Assembly (NCBI GenBank): GCA_030622545.1
Contig: JAUXGA010000014.1
Location: 5,735-69,734, forward strand
DNA from: a bacterium
GTDB taxonomy: Bacteria > Electryoneota > RPQS01 > DYHQ01
DNA length: 64,000 nucleotides
Direction: 5' to 3'
Positions 18,901 to 27,298 of the stretch are shown in pieces (position 1 is the stretch's first letter; the number at the start of each line of letters is the position of its first letter). The translations under genes were made by a program, and so were the position numbers. The notes under the pieces were generated by a model, which saw nothing but the letters and a program-made list of their open reading frames with translations, searched no databases and was not told the DNA's origin.

Positions 18901-19748
18901 ATCGCGGCGTTCGAACAGCCGCCGATATTAAAGTTTTCCAGAACATGGCGAAAGTCACCGGCGCGAAAATCCTCTCCCTGACCGAGCAAAACAACTCGCA
19001 AGGGCTGCTCGACATGGGCGCTTATCCGGCATGGTATCCGGGGTATCGCCCGATTGACAGCGAAGATATTGTCGAGGAATTCGAAAAAGGGTGGTGCGTC
19101 GCCTTAAGAAACCTGCCAACGAAATCCGCCGATATTCTGGAACTTCTGAAAAATAAGACTATCAAAGCCGCCTTGATTATCGGCGAAGACCCCCTTGCGA
19201 TGGACGAGCTTCCCAAAGAAATCAAGAATGGCCTTTTTGGAATGGAATTTCTGGTCACAGCAGACCTTTTCTATACGGAAACGGCAAAAATTTCCGGCGC
19301 CGTTCTCCCGCTGTGCCCTCATGCGGAGACCAGCGGCACGTTCACGAACTCCGAACGCCGCGTTCAACGGCTCGAACAGGGAATTCCACCGCGCACGGGC
19401 GTGGAAAACTGGGAGATTATCGCCAAACTCGCCGACTATATGGGGCTGCGATTCCGAATGAACTACACAAACACCGAGGACATCTTCGAGGAAATTCGTC
19501 AGATGGTGCCCATATACCGCGATGTTGTCGTGAACAGTCAGGAGCCGGATGGCTTGTGGAATCTCGAACGCTTCCCGCTCAAGCTTGAGAAATACCGATT
19601 CGCCACGCGGGCAATCCGGCTGCAGCCAGTGAAAGCGACCATCGTGCCGACCCTCTATTTCGACCACATCGAGTGCCGCTTCGCGGCTCGAATGAAGAAA
19701 CTCTTCGAAGCCTCTCCGGAAAAGATTCCGGAACCGGCCGCAGTCTGA
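15939..19748 (+). CDS. 1269-aa fusion oxidoreductase: NuoG-like N-terminal Fe-S domains + GltD-like FAD/NAD(P)H module + degenerate molybdopterin-oxidoreductase-like C-domain
   Basis: 2Fe-2S 'CHDDQLEPFSSCFLC'. 'CGRVCTRPCEVAC'. Dinucleotide motifs 'VAVIGAGPAGLSASYFL' and 'VAVLGGGNTALD' (GltD/NfnB-like). 'CLECGCS'. 'CILCGRCVRMC...CISCGLCVATCP'. Mo-bisPGD-type 4Fe-4S motif 'CNYCGVGCRLEL'. At the position of the FdhH active-site Cys/Sec (NNVDCCARVUHG) the sequence reads 'THNVTSFSLLVN', with no Cys. Confidence 0.8.
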   Translation: MPLVKVEIDGKRMLVEAGSTILDVARQAGIKIPTLCHDDQLEPFSSCFLCVVKVKNKRGHVPACSTKVTDRMVIETNTPEIREARRTALELLLSNHYADCVAPCQLACPAGVDVQGYIALMALGKWSEAVALIKETNPLPAICGRVCTRPCEVACRRTILDKAVGIDYLKRYASDMDLEGRQHFMPDVAPPNGKRVAVIGAGPAGLSASYFLAQKGYQVTMFEAMPQAGGMLRYGIPDYRLPSDILDEEINTILELGVDLRTNIFLGEDFTIRSLKEEGFDAVFMGLGAWKSSRLGLAGEDMEGVLSGIDFLKDLGLRKRIRLHGKVAVLGGGNTALDCARSAIRLGADDVRIYYRRTRKEMPAHEMEIHEAEIEGVKLELLVAPTQLLSKNGRAVGMECIRMELGEPDSSGRRRPIPKQGTEFKMDCDFIFAAIGQSTKVDELLGGRIPDFLPPGEVIELTRWKTIQVDEPTGETDVEGVFAGGDVVTGAATVIEAVAAGRKAAYAIDNYLMKDKAIPEPTTFDSRKDDYGEITKTDLRYLEEIPRRKMPAISPDERENNFTEVELGFEAEDVRREVHRCLECGCSAAFTCDLRAYANEYHVDIRNFRGEGKKYELDRTHPLIELDPNKCILCGRCVRMCTEVLGIAALGFINRGFDTIVRPAMGNSLLDTDCISCGLCVATCPTAAIAAKLPLAKPGPWETRITPTVCNYCGVGCRLELHTRGNILIKVDRGCDNRLTYGNHCIKGRFGYEFILSDNRMLKPMVRAGRNLQETTWDDALSHIALRLKEMARNYSPDEIAVFVSPRLTNEEIYLTQKFARIALGTHNVTSFSLLVNRQVFDPSIVSTATYPDVASADVVLLVNSVLDQEHLVADLLVKRAIRAGGNLIYISSEQTGSAKFSEVFLKCRPGTETIVISGLMQLLIDGAGVDLSELEEIDNFRNLAGKLEEFTPETVQELTGVPAEALQRAAAIIAAASRRVLIFNRDYRGVRTAADIKVFQNMAKVTGAKILSLTEQNNSQGLLDMGAYPAWYPGYRPIDSEDIVEEFEKGWCVALRNLPTKSADILELLKNKTIKAALIIGEDPLAMDELPKEIKNGLFGMEFLVTADLFYTETAKISGAVLPLCPHAETSGTFTNSERRVQRLEQGIPPRTGVENWEIIAKLADYMGLRFRMNYTNTEDIFEEIRQMVPIYRDVVVNSQEPDGLWNLERFPLKLEKYRFATRAIRLQPVKATIVPTLYFDHIECRFAARMKKLFEASPEKIPEPAAV

Positions 19749-19774
19749 TGATTCGACTATTCATCCATTCAAAA

Positions 19775-19808
19775 CCCTCGAGGAAAAAGCCTCGGGGGTT
19801 TTTCTTTT
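19775..19808 (+). terminator. Rho-independent terminator
   Basis: ccctcgagg-aaaaag-cctcggggg hairpin followed by tttttctttt. Confidence 0.7.
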
Positions 19809-19969
19809 GCAAACACGCTTGCGATTGAGGCACACGTGGCATTATATTGTTTAAGTTGCGGCCGAGGCCTGAGCGACCCGGCTCGGCAAGAGATCTCCCC
19901 CTGCCTGCGGGGGGATGTAAGGGGGAAAAATATAAACAACCATTCACGGAACAAAATTGAACGAACGAC

Positions 19970-22687
19970 ATGAAGCTTTTTCTGATTGACGGTTCGGCGC
20001 AGGTCTATCGCGCGCATTTCGCCTTCTCAAAAGTCTCGCTTCGAACGAAATCGGGCGAGCCGACAAGCGCTATTTACGGCTTTCTCCTAATGCTTTTCGC
20101 GCTTCTGAAACGCGAGGAGCCGACCCACCTCGCGATTGCTTTCGACTGCCCCGAACCCACGTTTCGCCACAAGCTTTATAAGGAATACAAGGCGACGCGC
20201 GAGAAGATGCCCGATGAATTGGTCGCTCAGTTGCCAAAGCTGAAAGAAATTCTACAAGTCATGGACCTTCCTGTGCTGGAAAAACCCGGCTGGGAAGCGG
20301 ATGATATTCTCGGTACGCTGGCGAAAACAGCACACGGCGAAGGGTTTGAAGTCTTCCTTGTTTCCGGAGATAAAGACTTTCAGCAGTTAGTAACCGACGG
20401 CATCAGCCTGTACACCCCGAAAAAGGACGATGCGCAAATTGTGGATGTTGCGGGTGTCGAGAAGAATTTTGGCGTGCCTCCCGAAAAAGTCTGCGATGTG
20501 TTGGGACTGATGGGAGATACTTCAGATAACGTGCCGGGAGTCGGCGGGATTGGACCGAAGACCGCTTCCGAACTCATCCGAACCTACGGCTCGCTTGAAG
20601 CCGCGCTCGAGAAAGCCGACGAGGTTTCGAAACCGTCCGTGCGCAAAGCGTTGCAGCGCGATAAAGCTCAAGCGCTGCTCTCGAAGATACTCGTGACAAT
20701 TGACACGAATGCTCCGGTTGACTTCTCCAGGGAAGCCTTCCTCCTCAAGCCTTTCGACGCTCCCGAACTTGAAAATATCATTCGCGAGCTTGAATTCTTC
20801 AGCCTCCTTAAATTCCTGCCGGAAAAACCTAAGAAAAAGACGAAGCGAAACTACCGGACTGTCTTGGAAATCGATGAACTTCAGAAACTGCTGGATAGCT
20901 GGCGGCAGGAAAAAAAGATGGTCTCGATTGACCTTGAGACCAGCAGTATTGACGCGATGCAGGCCGAACTTGTGGGGGCATCTTTTGCCGCGAATGAAGA
21001 AGAGGCATTCTTCGTTCCGATTGCCGAACTTCGCGGTGAACAGGCAAACCGCCGCGAATTTATGCGATTCGGCAAGGTCGCAGATTCATGCATATCAGCT
21101 TTTTTGTCGGTGGCCGCTCCGTTCTACGAAGATGCCGCTGTTCCAAAAACAGGTCAGAACTTGAAGTATGACGCACTCGTGCTTCGATGTTACGGCGTTG
21201 ACGTTCGGGGAATCGCTTTCGATACGCTGCTGGCCGCATCTCTGCTCGATCCGGGAGCGCGGCAGCTCTCGATTGATGTTCTGACGCCGAAATATCTGCA
21301 ACTGGACAAGATTCCGACCTCTGAGCTTATCGGCAAAGGCAAGCGGCAGAAATCCATGTTTGATGTCGAGACCTCTCAACTTACCGAATATGCGTGCGAA
21401 GACGCCGATTACGCTTTGCGGCTGACCCACAAGCTTGATACGCTATTGAAAGAGGAGAAACTTGACGGGATTCTGCAGACGATTGAATTGCCTCTCCTGC
21501 CGGTGCTTATCGAAATGGAATACACCGGCGTTCGCCTCGATTTGGACTTGCTGCGTGACATGTCGAAGGAACTCGAGCGAGATTTAAATCGCCTCGAAGA
21601 AGAGTGCTACACGCTGGCAGAGTGCCGCTTCAATTTGAATTCGCCAAAACAATTAGCGGAAGTCCTCTTCGATAAACTCAAGCTTCCCGTTCAGCGCAAA
21701 ACCAAGAGCGGGCGTTCGACGGATGTGGCGACATTGACATCTTTGGCCTCTCACCATGATTTGCCGCTGCGCCTTTTGGATTATCGCACGCTGACGAAAC
21801 TCAAATCCACTTATCTGGACGCGCTTCCCGCACTCGTTCATCCCGATACAGGCCGCGTGCACACCACATTCGGTCAAACAGCGACCGCGACAGGACGCCT
21901 CTCATCGGCCAATCCCAATTTGCAGAATATTCCGATTCGCACGGAGGTTGGTCGCCGAATTCGAGAGGCTTTTATTCCTGAAAATAAAGACTGGATTATC
22001 TTTTCAGCCGATTACAGCCAAATCGAACTCAGAATCATGGCGCACCTTTCAGGCGACAAGCGACTTCAAGAGGCTTTCCGAAGCGGCGGCGACATTCATC
22101 GCGAAACCGCCGCACTCATTTATGGAGTCCCTCCGGAGGATATTCTGCCGGATATGCGCCGAAGCGCCAAAACAGTCAATTTCGGCATCATCTACGGCCA
22201 AACCGATTTCGGCCTCGCGGAAGAATTAGGCATCCCTCGCTGGGAGGCCAAAGAGTTTCGTGAAAAATATTTCGAACTCTATCCGGGCGTGAAAAAATTC
22301 ATGGAAGAAACCATCGAGTCTTGTCGGAAAAACGGCGTTGTGTCAACATTGCTTGGCCGCCTGCGCGCGATTCCGGATATCAATGCTTCCAACAGGCAGA
22401 CGCGCGAATTCGCGGAAAGAACCGCGATTAATACGCCGGCACAAGGAACCGCAGCGGATATGATTAAGCTGGCGATGGTACGCGTTGCCGCTCGAATTCA
22501 CCGTGAAAAACTTGCCGCGCGCATGATTCTTCAGGTTCATGATGAACTCGTTTTTGAGTTGCCGAAAAGTGAAATCGATGCGCTCGGAAGCATCGTGGAA
22601 GAGGAAATGACGCACGCTTTACCCCTTTCCGTGCCTGTGATCGTCGAGTTCAGCTATGGTAAGAATTGGCTCGAATCGCACAGTTGA
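19970..22687 (+). CDS. polA: DNA polymerase I
   Basis: 905 aa. 5'-3' exonuclease N-domain ('GDKDFQQL', 'GVGGIGPKTA'). Pol A motifs 'DYSQIELRIMAHLS', 'RRSAKTVNFGIIYG' and 'QVHDELVFE'. Confidence 0.95.
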   Translation: MKLFLIDGSAQVYRAHFAFSKVSLRTKSGEPTSAIYGFLLMLFALLKREEPTHLAIAFDCPEPTFRHKLYKEYKATREKMPDELVAQLPKLKEILQVMDLPVLEKPGWEADDILGTLAKTAHGEGFEVFLVSGDKDFQQLVTDGISLYTPKKDDAQIVDVAGVEKNFGVPPEKVCDVLGLMGDTSDNVPGVGGIGPKTASELIRTYGSLEAALEKADEVSKPSVRKALQRDKAQALLSKILVTIDTNAPVDFSREAFLLKPFDAPELENIIRELEFFSLLKFLPEKPKKKTKRNYRTVLEIDELQKLLDSWRQEKKMVSIDLETSSIDAMQAELVGASFAANEEEAFFVPIAELRGEQANRREFMRFGKVADSCISAFLSVAAPFYEDAAVPKTGQNLKYDALVLRCYGVDVRGIAFDTLLAASLLDPGARQLSIDVLTPKYLQLDKIPTSELIGKGKRQKSMFDVETSQLTEYACEDADYALRLTHKLDTLLKEEKLDGILQTIELPLLPVLIEMEYTGVRLDLDLLRDMSKELERDLNRLEEECYTLAECRFNLNSPKQLAEVLFDKLKLPVQRKTKSGRSTDVATLTSLASHHDLPLRLLDYRTLTKLKSTYLDALPALVHPDTGRVHTTFGQTATATGRLSSANPNLQNIPIRTEVGRRIREAFIPENKDWIIFSADYSQIELRIMAHLSGDKRLQEAFRSGGDIHRETAALIYGVPPEDILPDMRRSAKTVNFGIIYGQTDFGLAEELGIPRWEAKEFREKYFELYPGVKKFMEETIESCRKNGVVSTLLGRLRAIPDINASNRQTREFAERTAINTPAQGTAADMIKLAMVRVAARIHREKLAARMILQVHDELVFELPKSEIDALGSIVEEEMTHALPLSVPVIVEFSYGKNWLESHS

Positions 22688-23110
22688 GAATATTTTTTTT
22701 CATTTTTTTGAAAAATGACTTGCTATTTTCTATTGCGTGTTATATATTAAGCATTGCTTTTCCACACGTGGGTTTCTGTGAATCGGCGACAAGATGCTCT
22801 TTGAAGAAATTCCGTACTCGTTTCAACGCGAACGAAACATGGTATTATTCGTCTCGATTGCATCGGAATGAATATATTGAATTGCCTTAGAAGAGCATTC
22901 AAGCGAGAATAAAAACCTGTTCGTCGCGTTGCAATAGAAACGATATCGCCGATTTATGAAATATGGTAACTGTAGTGTGAAGAAACCTCGGATGTGATAG
23001 GATTTTGCAAGCGTGAACGGATTGAACATCGACTCCGAGTTTCTGATAAGATGAACATCGCGCTCTTTGATCATACAGGAACGCCGCACGTGTAAGAAGG
23101 GAACGTCTTT

Positions 23111-24439
23111 GTGAATCCACCGATCTTTCTTTCGAACGCAACGCTCCTGACCATGCGCCCCGGAGAATCACCGACTGTCGGAAATTTGCGTATTGAAGGC
23201 AATCGCATCACCGCAGTAGGGTCAATCGAACCGCGGGACGGGGATAAAATTCTTCCCTGTGAAAATTGTGTCGTATTACCGGGTTTCATTCAAACCCACA
23301 TCCATCTTTCTCAAACGCTCTTTCGCAATACCGCTGAAAATCTGTCGCTGCTGGACTGGCTCATGCAGCGGATTCTTCCTTTTGAAGCGGCGCATGATGC
23401 TGAATCTATCGCCGTTTCTACCGAGCTGGCTGTTGCCGAACTCTTTTTGTCGGGAACGACAACCGTCCTGACAATGGAAGCGGCGCGCCATACGGACAGT
23501 CTGCTCGAGGTCGTAGAACGTTCAGGGCTTCGCGCGATTGTAGGAAAATCCCTCGTTGACAGGCCTGTTGGCATCGCGAATTTTTCTGAATCTCGGGAAG
23601 ACGCCATCGCGGATGTACTTCGGCTGAAAAAAGCGTGGCACGGTCATGATGATGGACGCATTGAAGTCTGTCTCGCACCGCGTTTCGCGTTAGGATGCAG
23701 TGAATCTTTACTCCATGATGTGGCAAATATTGCCGCACAAGAAAAGCTTCGCATCCATACGCACGCGTCCGAAAATTATTCGGAAACTCGGCAAGTGCGA
23801 GATGAAACAGGTCTTGGAAATATCGAATATCTGCACTCTCTGGAGCTTCTGGGACCGTCAACTTTTATCGCGCATTGCATTCATTTGGACCCGTCTGAAA
23901 TCGAGCTGTTAGCGCAAACCGGCACCCATGTTCTGCATTGTCCGACAGCGAATTTGAAACTCGGTTCCGGCATCGCTCCCGTACCGGAAATGCTTGAAAA
24001 AGGGGTATCTGTGACACTGGGTTCGGATGGTGCTCCCTGCAATAATACGCTAGACATCTTCCGCGAAATGAGTCTTGCAGTACTGATTCAATCCGGACGT
24101 TTAGGCGTTGGCCGATTGAATGCATCCGACGTTCTCGAAATGGCTACACGGAAGGCAGCGGAAGCGTTAGGAAAAGAGAGAGAGATTGGTACTCTCGAAG
24201 CAGGCAAGCTCGCCGATGTTGTTGTGATTGATTTAAATCGGCCTAATACTTGCCCTGCACAAGATATTGCAGCGGCACTCGTTCACAGTTCAACGCCGCA
24301 AAATGTTCGAGATGTCTTTGTCAATGGACGCCGCGTCGTGAGTGAAGGGACGCTGACCGAAATGAATATCAGTCATCTGATGACGAGAGCGCGGGAAAAT
24401 CTGACGGCTCTGCTCAGCAGAGTTCGCCGCCCGAATTAG
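23111..24439 (+). CDS. Amidohydrolase-superfamily deaminase/chlorohydrolase (MtaD/SAH-deaminase-like)
   Basis: 'VLPGFIQTHIHLSQT' HxH metal site. 'SHASENYSE', 'HCIHL' and 'GSDGAPCNN' match the ATZ/TRZ/MtaD family pattern. GTG start per track. Confidence 0.75.
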   Translation: MNPPIFLSNATLLTMRPGESPTVGNLRIEGNRITAVGSIEPRDGDKILPCENCVVLPGFIQTHIHLSQTLFRNTAENLSLLDWLMQRILPFEAAHDAESIAVSTELAVAELFLSGTTTVLTMEAARHTDSLLEVVERSGLRAIVGKSLVDRPVGIANFSESREDAIADVLRLKKAWHGHDDGRIEVCLAPRFALGCSESLLHDVANIAAQEKLRIHTHASENYSETRQVRDETGLGNIEYLHSLELLGPSTFIAHCIHLDPSEIELLAQTGTHVLHCPTANLKLGSGIAPVPEMLEKGVSVTLGSDGAPCNNTLDIFREMSLAVLIQSGRLGVGRLNASDVLEMATRKAAEALGKEREIGTLEAGKLADVVVIDLNRPNTCPAQDIAAALVHSSTPQNVRDVFVNGRRVVSEGTLTEMNISHLMTRARENLTALLSRVRRPN

Positions 24440-24737
24440 GGACTCACGATCCATGAGATGCGTGGATCAGGGAACAACCAGACAGCAATTCACATAGATG
24501 CACTTTGTATGGGCGAAGGATGCCGGAAAACTAAAAAGCCGAGCTGCAACAGGCTTTTAATGGCATCGCAAAGATACGACGATTCTGGCCGCCCATGTGC
24601 AATGCAGAGGTGAAAGAAACTTTCAAACACCTCCGCAGTGCTGAAGTTTTCGAGGAGGGCAGCGCCAAGCTTCAGTGCCCAAATTAAATTGTTCCCGAAC
24701 GAGTCTCTGTCCTCAGACAATCACAAGGAGATTAAAC

Positions 24738-25148
24738 ATGAGTCCAGCTAAGAAAAAGGCCACCAAGAAAAAGGCCACCAAGAAAAAGGCCACCAAGAAA
24801 AAGGCCACCAAGAGGAAGGCCACCAAGAGGAAGGCCACCAAGAGAAAGGCCACCAAGAAGAAGGCCACCAAGAGGAAGGCCACCAAGAGAAAGGCTACCA
24901 AGAAGAAAGCCACCAAGAGGAAGGCCACCAAGAAGAAGGCCACCAAGAGGAAGGCTACCAAGAAGAAAGCCACCAAGAGGAAGGCCACTAAGAAGAAGGC
25001 TACCAAGAAGAAAGCCACCAAGAAGAAGGCTACGAAGAAGAAAGCTACCAAGAGAAAGGCCACCAAGAAGAAGGCTACCAAGAGGAAGGCTACGAAGAAG
25101 AAAGCCACGAGAAGGCGGAGACCAATGCCTCCAGCCTTTGGCTTCTAA
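24738..25148 (+). CDS. Lysine-rich (KKAT)n histone-H1-like/Hc-like repeat protein
   Basis: ATG 24738 with RBS acaaggag. About 20 tandem KKATK(K/R) hexapeptides. Ends RRRRPMPPAFGF. Paralogous to the N-terminal half of gene 27299..27829. Confidence 0.7.
   Translation: MSPAKKKATKKKATKKKATKKKATKRKATKRKATKRKATKKKATKRKATKRKATKKKATKRKATKKKATKRKATKKKATKRKATKKKATKKKATKKKATKKKATKRKATKKKATKRKATKKKATRRRRPMPPAFGF
24753..25113 (+). repeat. Tandem 18-nt coding repeat (aag aag gcc acc aag aag/agg variants), about 20 copies
   Basis: Direct reading shows near-identical 18-mers. The repeat is coding, so it is not a CRISPR array. Confidence 0.85.
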
Positions 25149-25176
25149 CTTTTTCTTCGATATTTAAAAAGCCAAG

Positions 25177-25207
25177 CGCCGAAACCTTTTGGTTTCGGCG
25201 TTTGTTT
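25177..25207 (+). terminator. Rho-independent terminator
   Basis: cgccgaaacc-tttt-ggtttcggcg hairpin followed by tttgttt. Confidence 0.7.
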
Positions 25208-25285
25208 ATCTATATAGTCAGCGGGCTTTTAAGAAAACTAACTATTCGCAAACATCCTGCGCCTCAATTAGAATTTGAATCAAAC

Positions 25286-26482
25286 ATGTTTCGTGCGCTG
25301 CGACATCGTAATTTCCGTCTCTTCTGGTTTGGGCAACTGGTTTCACTGATCGGAACCTGGATGCAGATTCTGGCTGTGGGATGGCTTGTCTGGAGACTGA
25401 CTCACAGCGCCTTCTGGTTGGGGGTCGCCGGAGCGATGCCTTTTATGCCTTCACTCTTCCTCTCTTCCATTGGGGGAGTGCTTGTGGATCGCTATGATAA
25501 AAGGCGACTGCTGATTATCTCTCAGAGCGGGATGGCTTTCCTATCGGCTGTTTTAGGAATTCTGACCGTCAGTGGCATTATTCAACTCTATCAAATTATC
25601 ACTCTGGCCGTCCTGATAGGATTGATGATGGCTATGGACACACCAGCGCGGCTCGCTTTTATCCGGGAAATGGTGGGGAAAGATGACATGGATAATGCGA
25701 TCGCTTTGAACTCAACGGTCTTCAATTCCGCCCGAATCGTTGGGCCGCCGATTGCCGGTCTCTTGGTGCCGCTGGTGGGCGAGGGCGGGTGTTTTCTCAT
25801 TAATGCCTTCACCTTTTCAGGCGTCATTGTCAGCCTTCTGCTAATGCGCGGGCTGGATCAAATTCGGATTCTAAATCCAGAACCCATCCTGACGCAACTC
25901 GCGCAGGCTTTCTCTTTTATGCGCAGGCACGATGTGATTCGCCCTCTCATGACAAGCCTCGCCTTCTACGGCCTTTTCGGCTTCACAATGGTCGTCCTGA
26001 TGCCTATTTTTGCTGATAGAGTCCTTGGGGTCGGCGTGAAGGGTTTGGGAATGCTGATGGGAGCGATGGGCATCGGAGCGCTTGCAAGCTCACTGATGGT
26101 CGCGACATTCTCCCATGACAGTCGCCGGGGGCGCATGGTTTTCGGAGGTGCTATCGGAGTCGCGCTCGGATTTCTGGGTTTCTCGCTTTCCCGGACGTTT
26201 TCACTGTCACTAGCCCTGCTGGTATTAGCCGGATTCGGTATGTTTCTGATGCTCAACTCGCTGGTTATCCTCATTCAGAAACAGACGCCTCACGAGCTCT
26301 TGGGGCGTGTTATGGGGCTTTATGCAACCGGTTTTATCGGACTGGTTCCTATCGGAAATATTCTGGCGGGTGTACTGGCTTCCGGAATCGGCGCACCGGC
26401 AACGATGCTGATTGGCTCAGTCATTTGCCTTGGGGTGGCGATTTTCGTCTTGGGGCGAAGCCGTTCCGTGCTGAAATTGTGA
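25286..26482 (+). CDS. MFS transporter (EntS/MFS_3-like)
   Basis: Start at 'MFRALRHRNFRLFWFGQLVSLIGTWMQ'. 12 predicted hydrophobic helices and a typical MFS N-terminus. Confidence 0.8.
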   Translation: MFRALRHRNFRLFWFGQLVSLIGTWMQILAVGWLVWRLTHSAFWLGVAGAMPFMPSLFLSSIGGVLVDRYDKRRLLIISQSGMAFLSAVLGILTVSGIIQLYQIITLAVLIGLMMAMDTPARLAFIREMVGKDDMDNAIALNSTVFNSARIVGPPIAGLLVPLVGEGGCFLINAFTFSGVIVSLLLMRGLDQIRILNPEPILTQLAQAFSFMRRHDVIRPLMTSLAFYGLFGFTMVVLMPIFADRVLGVGVKGLGMLMGAMGIGALASSLMVATFSHDSRRGRMVFGGAIGVALGFLGFSLSRTFSLSLALLVLAGFGMFLMLNSLVILIQKQTPHELLGRVMGLYATGFIGLVPIGNILAGVLASGIGAPATMLIGSVICLGVAIFVLGRSRSVLKL

Positions 26483-26836
26483 TTCCTGCGCTCACGCCAC
26501 AGGAATCCATGGATAGAAGGTGCCCCGGCCGTTTCGGCGGGGGTCAAAACGAGGGGTAGGGAGCTGGCTCGCGGTCTCAGGTTTGGCGGCTTTTCTCCGC
26601 CAGGGCGCTATAATCAGGGCACACACAGCCATGAGAATAACTACTCCGAACAGGATAAAAAGTATCTCCTCAAGCCAGCCTGCGTGGGACGTGACAAAAT
26701 GAAACATGGGTCGAATTCACCATAAAAAGGCTCTCAAGACTGTCCTATTCCTTTCACCATAGTATCCAAGCTATAGTTTCCAGTCGCAAATTTCAGCGCT
26801 CAGCAGGGAAAAAAGCGAAATTAGTGAAAGAAATCC

Positions 26837-26865
26837 TTGACATTGAGCTTTGAACCTGCTATATT
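26837..26865 (+). promoter_or_regulatory. Consensus-like sigma70 promoter TTGACA-17-TATATT
   Basis: ttgaca (26837-42), 17-nt spacer, tatatt (26860-65). Lies about 430 nt upstream of the SWIB gene. Confidence 0.45.
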
Positions 26866-27298
26866 CTTGATTATAGAATTTCAGGGGAGCTGGCAGAAAT
26901 CGTCGGAATCCGGCGCGCAGGGGCTTCAGATGGAGAGCGCCGCCTGCCAAACTGCCTAAACCGCCTGTCACTTTCGGAGAATCCTCGAGGTTCATATTCG
27001 CCAGTTTAAGCCCCTTTTTCGGTTCTCTTATCGGGCGCAGGGTTGTTTTTTATCGGAGAGTTCGCAGCGCAAATCGGCCATTTATCCTGCAAAAAGACTC
27101 TTCACCCTGCTGACAATCGGCACGACAAATTTTCAATATAGAGACTTTGTTCACAGAAGAGACCCCCTCGTGTGTCGATCCGAAATGCTCTCCTGAAAAG
27201 AAGGTAGAGCTGATTCGGAATCTTGACCACAGTCGTGCTGAAACTCGATTTTAACACAGGCGGAAAACCAAAGGTAATCTGTTAGAAGGAGAAAAACA

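Noticed and set aside
17500-19748. Annotating the C-terminal domain of the 1269-aa protein as a catalytic formate dehydrogenase alpha subunit
   Set aside because: The Cys/Sec-containing active-site motif is absent and the domain is truncated relative to FdhA. It is more like the NuoG C-terminal remnant.
24713-25108. Minus-strand ORF translating (AFFLVAF)n, plus the similar ORFs 27151..27657 and 27251..27928
   Set aside because: They are antisense or alternative-frame readings of the (KKATKK)n coding repeats. The sense-strand genes have RBSs and, in one case, a recognisable SWIB domain.
24753-25113. Possible CRISPR array (short tandem direct repeats)
   Set aside because: The 18-nt units are contiguous with no spacers. 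They lie in-frame within an ORF and encode a KKATKK repeat, so this is not a CRISPR array.
26866-27010. Possible tmRNA / SRP RNA / RNase P RNA downstream of the consensus promoter
   Set aside because: No tmRNA 5' GGGGCUG…/tag-ORF, no SRP domain-IV (AGGAAGCAGCC) and no RNase P P4 motifs could be found by eye. I left it as an unassigned leader or candidate ncRNA only.
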